Source: Gemmatimonadota bacterium | GTDB taxonomy: Bacteria > Gemmatimonadota > Gemmatimonadetes > Gemmatimonadales > GWC2-71-9 | Length of the DNA stretch: 64,000 bases | Assembly (NCBI GenBank): GCA_039591655.1 | Contig: JBDHDE010000006.1 | Coordinates: 35,436-99,435 of the forward strand | Direction: 5' to 3' | Shown: positions 30,143-37,840 of the stretch, piece by piece | Layout: every line of letters begins with the position of its first letter | How positions within the stretch are numbered: the first letter of the stretch is position 1 | Translations under genes and position numbers: made by a program | The notes under the pieces: model-generated | The model's input: the letters and a program-made list of their open reading frames with translations, nothing else | Databases searched by the model: none | Told to the model about the DNA's origin: nothing

Positions 30143-31353
30143 TGGCCTTCAAGCGTTCGCAGAACCTGTCGCACCTCGAAGCCTCCGCGGTGGTGGCCAT
30201 CAAGCAGGAGGCGCAGCGACGCCTCGCCTCCGGTGAGGACGTCATCGATCTCTCGGTGGGGGAGCCGGACTTCGACACACCCAAGATCCCGTCCGAGGCC
30301 GGCATCAAGGCCATCCAGCAGGGGAAGACGCATTACCCGCCGAACGTAGGGATCCTGGAGCTGCGGGCCGCCGCGGCTCGTCACCTGTCGCTCCTCTCCG
30401 GCGGGCGTCCCCTCAACGCCGACCACATCGTGGTCTCCACCGGAGCGCGGCAGTCCATCTTCAACGCCTGCTTTGCGTTGTTCGGTCCGGGGGACCAGGT
30501 GCTGATCCCGTCCCCGGCGTGGGTCTCGTATCCTCAGCTCGTGCACCTCGCCCGGGCCAAGCCGGTCATGGTGCCGGGTGACCCGCAGTGGAGCCTCAAG
30601 GTCGGGATCGAGGAGCTCAAGCGTGCGAGCGACGCCCGCACCCGGGGCCTGATCCTGTGCACTCCCGTGAACCCCACCGGCGCCGTCTACACGCTGGGCG
30701 AGCTGAAGGCGATCCTGGAGTGGGCCCGGGAGCGCCGGATCTGGGTCATCTCAGACGAGATGTACCGGCGGATTCACTTCGGCTCGGGTCCCGCTCCGTC
30801 GGTGCACGATCTCCCCGACGAGCTGCTGGAACGGGTGGTCGTGGTCACCGGGGTGGGGAAGGCCTACGCCATGACCGGGTGGCGGGTCGGCATCGCCGTA
30901 GCGCCGCCGGAGCTCACCCGGGCGATGTCGGGGCTGCAGAGTCACGTCACGACCGGCGCCTCGCAACCGGCACAGTGGGCGGCGGCAGCCGCCCTGGCGG
31001 ACGAGCGGGTGGAAGTGGACGTGAACAGGATGGTGACGGCATTCCGCAAGCGTCGCGACCTCGTCGTCTCGTACTTCCGGGAGCGTCTTCCGGGCGTCGA
31101 GTTCGTCGAGCCGCTGGGCGCGTTCTATTTCTTCTTCAGGGTGGATGGCTTCTTCGACGGAGATCTCGCCGACGCCGGTGGGTTCTGCCGGGGGCTGCTG
31201 GAGGACCGCGGCGTGGCGCTGGTACCGGGCGAGGCCTTCGGCGACGGCCGGTGGGTACGGCTCTCGTTTGCGGCATCCGACAAGGAGCTGCGCCGGGCGC
31301 TTGCCCGGATTGAGGACTTCTTGGGGTCGCTCAGGAGCAAGGGGGGAGTGTGA
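30142..31353 (+). CDS. PLP-dependent class I/II aminotransferase (aspartate aminotransferase-like)
   Basis: GEPDFDTP, NPTG, DEMY, KAYAMTGWRVG. Confidence 0.93.
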   Translation: MAFKRSQNLSHLEASAVVAIKQEAQRRLASGEDVIDLSVGEPDFDTPKIPSEAGIKAIQQGKTHYPPNVGILELRAAAARHLSLLSGGRPLNADHIVVSTGARQSIFNACFALFGPGDQVLIPSPAWVSYPQLVHLARAKPVMVPGDPQWSLKVGIEELKRASDARTRGLILCTPVNPTGAVYTLGELKAILEWARERRIWVISDEMYRRIHFGSGPAPSVHDLPDELLERVVVVTGVGKAYAMTGWRVGIAVAPPELTRAMSGLQSHVTTGASQPAQWAAAAALADERVEVDVNRMVTAFRKRRDLVVSYFRERLPGVEFVEPLGAFYFFFRVDGFFDGDLADAGGFCRGLLEDRGVALVPGEAFGDGRWVRLSFAASDKELRRALARIEDFLGSLRSKGGV

Positions 31354-31874
31354 AGGGCATTCACGGACTGGGAGCGAAGGTCGAGCCGCTGGAGGGCTCC
31401 CTTCCAGCGGTTGAGTTCCACTGGGACGCCGAGACTGAGATTCTCTCGGGCCACATGGAGGGGCTAGAGGGCCGCCGCGGGCTGACGGGCTCTATCGAGC
31501 TGGAGGATCGCAAGGGCTCGGTCATCACACTGGACTTCGAGGCCGGCGTGCTGCGGGGGGTGGAGGTCGTGGTCTGGCCCACCACGAAGACGGTGGACGG
31601 TCTCCAAGCCCCAGCGGTGGAGCAGCAGGGGCGGTATCTGGTGCCGGCCCGCCCGTCGCAACCCGGCGTGGCGGTGGTCGAAGCCGACGTGCCGCTCTCG
31701 GCCGAGCGCAGCCCCGACGAGTCGGTGATCCACCTGCGGGTGGGCGGGCGCATGGTGGTGGAGCGCGTGATGCTGGCCGACCATCTCGTGCTGGAGCTCG
31801 ACGGCGAGGGCGAGCTGGCGGGCTTCTGGCTGCTCGGGGTGCCGCCGTTTCCGGAAGCGGAGGGGACCCGGTGA
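31350..31874 (+). CDS. Hypothetical protein with two DUF2283-like repeats
   Basis: WDAETEIL...LDFEAGVLRGVEV and SPDESVI...LELDGEGELAGFWL. Confidence 0.65.
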   Translation: MKGIHGLGAKVEPLEGSLPAVEFHWDAETEILSGHMEGLEGRRGLTGSIELEDRKGSVITLDFEAGVLRGVEVVVWPTTKTVDGLQAPAVEQQGRYLVPARPSQPGVAVVEADVPLSAERSPDESVIHLRVGGRMVVERVMLADHLVLELDGEGELAGFWLLGVPPFPEAEGTR

Positions 31875-32060
31875 TGCTACGGTCTCGGGTGCTCCGCGCC
31901 ATGGCGGCGGGGCGCTGGGTGTTCGGGGAGGAAGCGCTCTCACCGTGATGCGGGGCGGCCGCCTGCTCGCGCCGGTCTCGGCTGTCGCCGCGAAGGTGCG
32001 CGGCTGACCGCGTCGACGAGACACCGACTAATCGACGCCGTCCGCGACGCGGGCGGCACC

Positions 32061-32957
32061 GTGGGGGCGGGAGCGCCCCTCACCCACGTAGCGCCCCCGG
32101 TTACTACTCCGTTCGGGTCCGCTGCCCACGTGGAACACGACCGTATCCGGGTCATTGATGTGGGAGCGGCGGCCGCGCCTCCTCCTGGTGTCGCCTTCCT
32201 CGACGGGATCCAGCGGTATGCGGTCGAAGGTCGATTCGGCCTCGTGCCGGTGGTACGGGGCTATGCGGCCGCCGCCGTGATGCGGCGCGACGGCGAGAGC
32301 CTCGGGGTCGTGGAGACCCGTGCCGAGGAGTTCGTGGTCGTCGCCATGGAGCGCCTCGAGCCCCGCCACCGGGAAGCCATCCAGGGGGCCGGGTTGCCGG
32401 TGATCGAGAGCGAGGTCGCGGAGCGCTCCCATCCCATCCTGGATCTCCAGCTGGCGGCACGGGAAGTCGAGCGGCGCCGCGAGGCGCTCGAGAACGAGTT
32501 GGCCGGCGTCTACGTCGCGGCGGAGCCGGGGAGTTGGCTCGTGGTGGACGGAGCTATCGGGGGCCTCGGTGACTTGCTGGATGCTGCGCCACCGGTCGTG
32601 GGCCTGGTGAAGAGCCACGAGACCCAGTTTCTGGAGGGTCAGGATCTGGAGGCGGCCCTCACCCTGCCCGCCGGCTGCCGCACCAGCGTCTTCGCCCGCA
32701 CGACGGGGGAGCGCCGGCGGGTCTATACCTGGTATCTTCGACTGTGGCCGTGGGAGGAGGAGCAGCTCCTCCACGGCCTGGTGCGGATCGAGCGGCCGCC
32801 GCACGAGTCGGCCGTGGCGCGTGCGACGGAGGTGAGCTGCTGGGTGCTCGCCGAGCGGGCACCGCTGAGCGCACCCGACAGCCGATGGGATCGCCTGATC
32901 TACCCCATCCAGCAGGTGGAGACGTTCTTGCGCGCACAGGCAGGAGGCTGGTGGTGA
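32061..32957 (+). CDS. nurA: NurA-like nuclease (start uncertain; frame open further upstream)
   Basis: AFLDG, VVDG, VGLVKSH, C-terminal RWDRLIYPIQQVE; coupled to a HerA-like ATPase. Confidence 0.75.
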   Translation: MGAGAPLTHVAPPVTTPFGSAAHVEHDRIRVIDVGAAAAPPPGVAFLDGIQRYAVEGRFGLVPVVRGYAAAAVMRRDGESLGVVETRAEEFVVVAMERLEPRHREAIQGAGLPVIESEVAERSHPILDLQLAAREVERRREALENELAGVYVAAEPGSWLVVDGAIGGLGDLLDAAPPVVGLVKSHETQFLEGQDLEAALTLPAGCRTSVFARTTGERRRVYTWYLRLWPWEEEQLLHGLVRIERPPHESAVARATEVSCWVLAERAPLSAPDSRWDRLIYPIQQVETFLRAQAGGWW

Positions 32958-34897
32958 TTCGAATGGGAGACGGGGGGACGATCGGCCGCGTCGTGGCGAC
33001 CGAGTCGCTGCCGGCCGGTCCCCACCAGTTCCACTTCTGGACCGCGACCGAGACGCCCATCGGCATCGGCGCGATCGTGCGGGTGGATGCGGAGCGAGGC
33101 CGCACGGTGTACGCCGTGGTGGTGGACGGGCGGGCGTACTCAGATCTGGCCACTCCGCTGCACGAGGTCGTGGCAGCCGAGGGCGATCCCGCCGCCGGTC
33201 GCGCGCCGACGCGGCGAACCGAGATTCGCCTGTGGACGGCGGCGGTGTTACGCCACGTTCCCGAGGAGCCGGTGCAGCCGGTTCCCCTGGCCGAGGTACG
33301 GCTGGCGACCGAAGAGGACGTGGAGACGGCGCTGCGCATGGATGCCTACATCCGCGTAGAGCAGCCGACGGCCATTCCGGTGGGCGTGTATCGCTCGGGA
33401 GGGCTCTCCGCCCCCGTCCTGCTGGACGCGGATTTTCTCCTCGGTCCCGAGTCGGCGCATCTCAACATCACCGGCGTGTCGGGACTCGCCACCAAGACGA
33501 GCGCCGTCGAGTTCCTGCTGGCCAGCATCTTCCAGCGCCTGCCGGCGCACAAGGGGACGGTCGCGGCGATCTGCTTCAACGTGAAGGGGCCCGACCTGTG
33601 CTTCCTCGACCAACCGGCCGAGCTGGCGGACTCCGACCGGGAGCTGTACGCCGTGTTGGGCGTGGAGCCCAGGCCGTTCGACAGGGTGCGCTACTTCGCT
33701 CCGTTCAAGCCCGACGGCGTCAATCTCAACACGCTGCGGTCGCATGCCGACCTGGTCGGCAGCGTGGAGCCGCTGGTGTGGGGCCTGCGCGAGGTGCTGG
33801 ATTATCACGAGGTGCTGCTCAACCGTGACGACATCGACGCCAAGGCCGACGCGTTTCTCGACTTCTTGGCGGATCGGGTGGTCGAGAAGGAGTTCCATGA
33901 CGAGTGGGGCAATACGCACCGCGTGAGGAGCTTCGCCGATCTCGATCGGCTGTTCCGCAGCATCTTCGACGGACTGGAGCAGACAGGCCGCAGCGACTCC
34001 TGGCGCACCCATCACATCGCGACGATCCGCAAGGTTCGCAACCGGCTGATCAACATCTCGACCCGCTGCAAGGGCCTGGTGACCGACGACGGGAGCGTGA
34101 GCGATATCCCGTTCGGCCAGTTCGAGGACCGGTCCCTGTATGTGCTGGACGTGTCGGGGATGGATCAGCTCGGGCAAGACCTGGTATTCACCCGGGTGGT
34201 GACCAGGCTGCGCGAGCACCTGGAGCGGGGCGACCTGGGTGTGGACCACGTCATCGTATTCGTGGACGAGCTCAACAAGTACGCGCCGGGCGACGGACCG
34301 GACACCTACGTGCGGAAGATGCTGCTGGACATCTCGGAACGGGGGCGCTATCTCGGGTTGGTGTTGTTCGCTGCCCAGCAGTTCCGCTCCCAGGTGCACA
34401 GGCGGGTGGTGGGGAATGCGGGGACCGTGGTGTTCGGCCGGATGGACATGGACGAGTTGGCCACGCCCGGCTATCAGGTGCTCTCGCCCGCTACCAAGAT
34501 CAAGTTGGCGACGCTACCAAAGGGCGAGTTGATGGTGCGACACCCACACTTCACGCAGCCGGTGTTCGTGCGGTTTCCCCGCCCGGCCGTTCTCGCCGGA
34601 CCCGCCGGGGTGAAGCGCTACCCCCCGGCGGTAGACGTCCCCTTCGAGGAGGCCGTAGTCCGGCAACTCACCGCCCTCGACCGGCGCATCCCGACGGCGC
34701 GGATCAAGGACTGTATCGCAGGTCGCCGCGAGGAGGACGTGCGCCGGGCGCTGCTGGCGACCAAGCGAACCCGCCCCGAGGAGGTCATGGGGTTCTTCGC
34801 GGCCGCGCTGGGGCCCACGGTGCAGCGCGCCGACGCCCAGCGGCGCGACGACGTGACCACACCACTCCGATCGGTGGAGGATCCGTATGCGACCTAA
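32954..34897 (+). CDS. herA: HerA-like (DUF87/FtsK-HerA family) ATPase
   Basis: N-terminal HAS-barrel-like IGRVV, HLNITGVSGLATKTS (variant Walker A), FNVKG, VFVDELNKYAP, ERGRYLG, AAQQ; AGGAGG RBS and GTGA overlap. Confidence 0.85.
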   Translation: MIRMGDGGTIGRVVATESLPAGPHQFHFWTATETPIGIGAIVRVDAERGRTVYAVVVDGRAYSDLATPLHEVVAAEGDPAAGRAPTRRTEIRLWTAAVLRHVPEEPVQPVPLAEVRLATEEDVETALRMDAYIRVEQPTAIPVGVYRSGGLSAPVLLDADFLLGPESAHLNITGVSGLATKTSAVEFLLASIFQRLPAHKGTVAAICFNVKGPDLCFLDQPAELADSDRELYAVLGVEPRPFDRVRYFAPFKPDGVNLNTLRSHADLVGSVEPLVWGLREVLDYHEVLLNRDDIDAKADAFLDFLADRVVEKEFHDEWGNTHRVRSFADLDRLFRSIFDGLEQTGRSDSWRTHHIATIRKVRNRLINISTRCKGLVTDDGSVSDIPFGQFEDRSLYVLDVSGMDQLGQDLVFTRVVTRLREHLERGDLGVDHVIVFVDELNKYAPGDGPDTYVRKMLLDISERGRYLGLVLFAAQQFRSQVHRRVVGNAGTVVFGRMDMDELATPGYQVLSPATKIKLATLPKGELMVRHPHFTQPVFVRFPRPAVLAGPAGVKRYPPAVDVPFEEAVVRQLTALDRRIPTARIKDCIAGRREEDVRRALLATKRTRPEEVMGFFAAALGPTVQRADAQRRDDVTTPLRSVEDPYAT

Positions 34898-35789
34898 GAC
34901 GACCTGGCTTTGCATCGCGGCGGCTTGGCTCGCCACGGCGGTGCCGCCGCCGGTGCTCGCGCAGCAGTCGATCATGCTTCGCTACCGGCCACAACCCCAG
35001 ACCCGGATTCACACCCTCTGGTGGCATCAGGGGAGAGCTACGCTACGTGAGGGGGCGCCCGACGTGCCGGCCATCGACAGCATCATGGTGGAGACGGAGT
35101 TCCTCCGCAGCCTCACCTCCAGCGTGGCCGAGGAACGCGGTGACTTCTTTGTGGTTGAGGTGCGGCACGACTCCACGCGCGCGCGCGCGCGGCCGGTGGG
35201 AGGCGTGTGGCGCGAACTCCCGGGTCTGCGGCAGCGGGTGACGGCGGTACGGCTGCTCGTCGATCAGCGGTTGCGGGTCGCCGACCTCCAGGTGACGGCG
35301 GGCGACAGCGTCACGCTGTTCGAGATACAGGTGTTGCGCGGCTTCACGTCGGGGCTGGAGTTCGGCCTGCCGGACACCCCGATAGCCCCGGGGGACACCT
35401 GGACGGCCGACATCGTGCTTCCGGTCGCGGGCCCCGATGGGTTCGGAGAAGAGACGCCGGTGGCCCAGCGGTTCGTCGATCAACCCGAGGTCATCGCCCG
35501 GTCGACGTTCACCGTCGACAGCCTGGTGCCGCGCCCCAGCGATACCCTGGCCTATCTCACCGTCCAGGGCGGTTTCGTGCCGGCGGTGATACCGCTACAG
35601 CAGGAGGGTGTCCAGGGGACCCTCACCCTGACCGGCGCGTTCGGAGGAAGCCTGATCTGGTCCACCGGCTGGAATGCCTTCGTCGCCGGCGCTTTCCGTA
35701 CCCGCGCGACCATGGCGGCCGTGGAGGGCGAGGGGGTCTCCGTGACGCTGAGGACCGAGGCGTCATCCCGCTTCCAGGTGCGCCCATGA
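34887..35789 (+). CDS. Secreted hypothetical protein, paralog 1
   Basis: Signal peptide ending VLA-QQ; beta-rich; start overlaps the herA stop. Confidence 0.75.
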   Translation: MRPKTTWLCIAAAWLATAVPPPVLAQQSIMLRYRPQPQTRIHTLWWHQGRATLREGAPDVPAIDSIMVETEFLRSLTSSVAEERGDFFVVEVRHDSTRARARPVGGVWRELPGLRQRVTAVRLLVDQRLRVADLQVTAGDSVTLFEIQVLRGFTSGLEFGLPDTPIAPGDTWTADIVLPVAGPDGFGEETPVAQRFVDQPEVIARSTFTVDSLVPRPSDTLAYLTVQGGFVPAVIPLQQEGVQGTLTLTGAFGGSLIWSTGWNAFVAGAFRTRATMAAVEGEGVSVTLRTEASSRFQVRP

Positions 35790-36649
35790 CACTCCGTGTC
35801 GCTGCGATCTTACTGACGGTGCTGACGCTGCCCCGGACCGCTGCGGGGCAGGACAGCCTGCGCCTCGAGTTCGCGCCGGTCTATGGCGCAAGGGTTCATC
35901 GCCTGTTCCAGACGCACACCCGAATCACCATCGCGGGTGTGGACACCTCTGGCGCACCCGTTGCGCGCACCCGCGAGGTGGCCGACCTAGGCGGGATGAC
36001 ACAGGTCGCGCTAGCCGGTCCGGAGGGCGCCCTCGTGATCCACCTGGGGTTCGACTCCCTGCGGGCCCGCGCTCGAGATGGCGGACAGCCGTGGAGCGAG
36101 TTCGAGGTCGAGGGGGCCGACAGCCTATGGGTCCAGGCGCGGATGAACGAGCGAATGCAGGTGCTCGAGATCAGCGGCGGCGGTGACGATCCCGGCTCCG
36201 GTCTGCTCGTGCATCTCTTGACGGGCATACCGGGTCTGACGCTCCCTGAACGATGGGTAGCCGCAGGAGACCATTGGGGGGCTCGGCTCGAGTTCCCGTT
36301 GGGTGAGTTCTTGGGACGCCGTCCCACGAGCACGCCGTCCGTCACGTTGACGGCCCGGGCGACCTTCACCGTCGACAGCGTGGCCGCGCGGAGCCAGGAC
36401 ACATTGGCCTATGTCGGGTTCAGCGGGGCGTTCGCTCCCCGGGAAGTGACCGATGAGGAGGGTGCCGTGCTGCGGTACGGCGGCGTGCTCCAGGGCACTT
36501 TGGTGTGGTCCACGGGGTGGCGCAGCCTGGTGTCCGGCGTGACGCGCACACGAGTGGAACTGGGTGCGGTTGAGCCGGACGCGCCCGCCGGCCAGGCTCG
36601 GGGGCGGGTGACCTTCGAGACGACCATCCGGCAGTCGGTGTCGCCCTAG
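35786..36649 (+). CDS. Secreted hypothetical protein, paralog 2
   Basis: ATGA overlap; signal peptide ending AAG-QD; shares TFTVDS...DTLAY...WSTGW with paralog 1. Confidence 0.75.
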   Translation: MTLRVAAILLTVLTLPRTAAGQDSLRLEFAPVYGARVHRLFQTHTRITIAGVDTSGAPVARTREVADLGGMTQVALAGPEGALVIHLGFDSLRARARDGGQPWSEFEVEGADSLWVQARMNERMQVLEISGGGDDPGSGLLVHLLTGIPGLTLPERWVAAGDHWGARLEFPLGEFLGRRPTSTPSVTLTARATFTVDSVAARSQDTLAYVGFSGAFAPREVTDEEGAVLRYGGVLQGTLVWSTGWRSLVSGVTRTRVELGAVEPDAPAGQARGRVTFETTIRQSVSP

Positions 36650-36652
36650 ACC

Positions 36653-37840
36653 GTGAAGCTCGCGCACCTCGCGGACGTTCACCTCGGCTTCCGGCAGTTC
36701 CACCGACTCACGCCGCAGGGGATCAACCAGCGCGAGGCCGACGTGGCGGCGGCGTTCCGCCGCGTCATCGATGAGGTCATCGAGGCGGCGCCGGATGTCA
36801 TACTGATCGCGGGCGACCTGTTCAACTCGGTCCGGCCCAGCAACCCCGCCATCCTGTACTCCTTCAACCAGTTCCGGCGCCTGCGGCTTGCCCTTCCCGA
36901 TGCGCCTGTCGTGATCGTGGCCGGCAACCACGACACGCCGCGCTCGGTAGAGACGGGCACGATCCTCAAGCTGTTCGAGGCGGTGAGCGGTGTGCACGTG
37001 GTGGCGGAGGAGATGCGGGATCTGGTGTTCGAGGAGCTCGATCTGAGTGTGACATGCGTGCCCCACGCGGCATGGATCACCGGCCCGCGCCCGACGCTGG
37101 CGCCTCCCGGCCGGGCGAGGTACCAGGTTGCGGTCACACACGGGGAGGTGGCGGGGGTGCTGCCGCGGGACGCCAGTGCGCTGGAGTACGGCGGGGCGCT
37201 ACTCGAGCCGGGGGAGATCAATGCCGAACGGTGGGACTACGTGGCGCTGGGGCATTACCATGTGGCGCACCGCGTGCGGGAGAACGCGTGGTACGCCGGC
37301 GCGCTGGAGTATGTGAGCCCCAACCCGTGGGGTGAGCTGCGCGATGAGGCCCGCGCCGGACGGGAGGGGCAGAAGGGGTGGCTCCTGGTGTCCCTCGGCG
37401 ACGGGGCATCGGTGGAGTTCCGGGCCGTCTCCCTCGCACGGCGGCTGGTCGACCTCCCGCCGGTGCATGCTTCGGGGCTCGCTGCCGACGAGATCGACGC
37501 GCGCCTCCGCCAGCACGTCGAGGACGTGTCGGAGGGCATCGATGAGCAAGTGGTGCGACAGATCGTCCACGACGTTCCGCGACCGGTGGCCCGGGAGCTC
37601 GATCACGCCGCGATTCGCGAGTACAAGGCCCGCGCGCTGCACTACCACCTCGATCTGCGCCGCCCCCAGGCGCGCCGTGCGATCGGCGTGGGCGCTCCCG
37701 GACAGCGCCAGACACTGAGCGAGGTCCTGACGGATTATCTGGGGCGCCGCCCGCTGGACGCCGACGTGGACCGCAGCAGGCTCGTGACCCTCGCCCGAAC
37801 GTACATGGACGAGGTAGAGCGCGCGGTACTCGAGGAGTAG
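36653..37840 (+). CDS. sbcD: Mre11/SbcD metallophosphoesterase nuclease
   Basis: HLADVHLG, AGDLF, GNHD, THG, LGHYH. Confidence 0.93.
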   Translation: MKLAHLADVHLGFRQFHRLTPQGINQREADVAAAFRRVIDEVIEAAPDVILIAGDLFNSVRPSNPAILYSFNQFRRLRLALPDAPVVIVAGNHDTPRSVETGTILKLFEAVSGVHVVAEEMRDLVFEELDLSVTCVPHAAWITGPRPTLAPPGRARYQVAVTHGEVAGVLPRDASALEYGGALLEPGEINAERWDYVALGHYHVAHRVRENAWYAGALEYVSPNPWGELRDEARAGREGQKGWLLVSLGDGASVEFRAVSLARRLVDLPPVHASGLAADEIDARLRQHVEDVSEGIDEQVVRQIVHDVPRPVARELDHAAIREYKARALHYHLDLRRPQARRAIGVGAPGQRQTLSEVLTDYLGRRPLDADVDRSRLVTLARTYMDEVERAVLEE

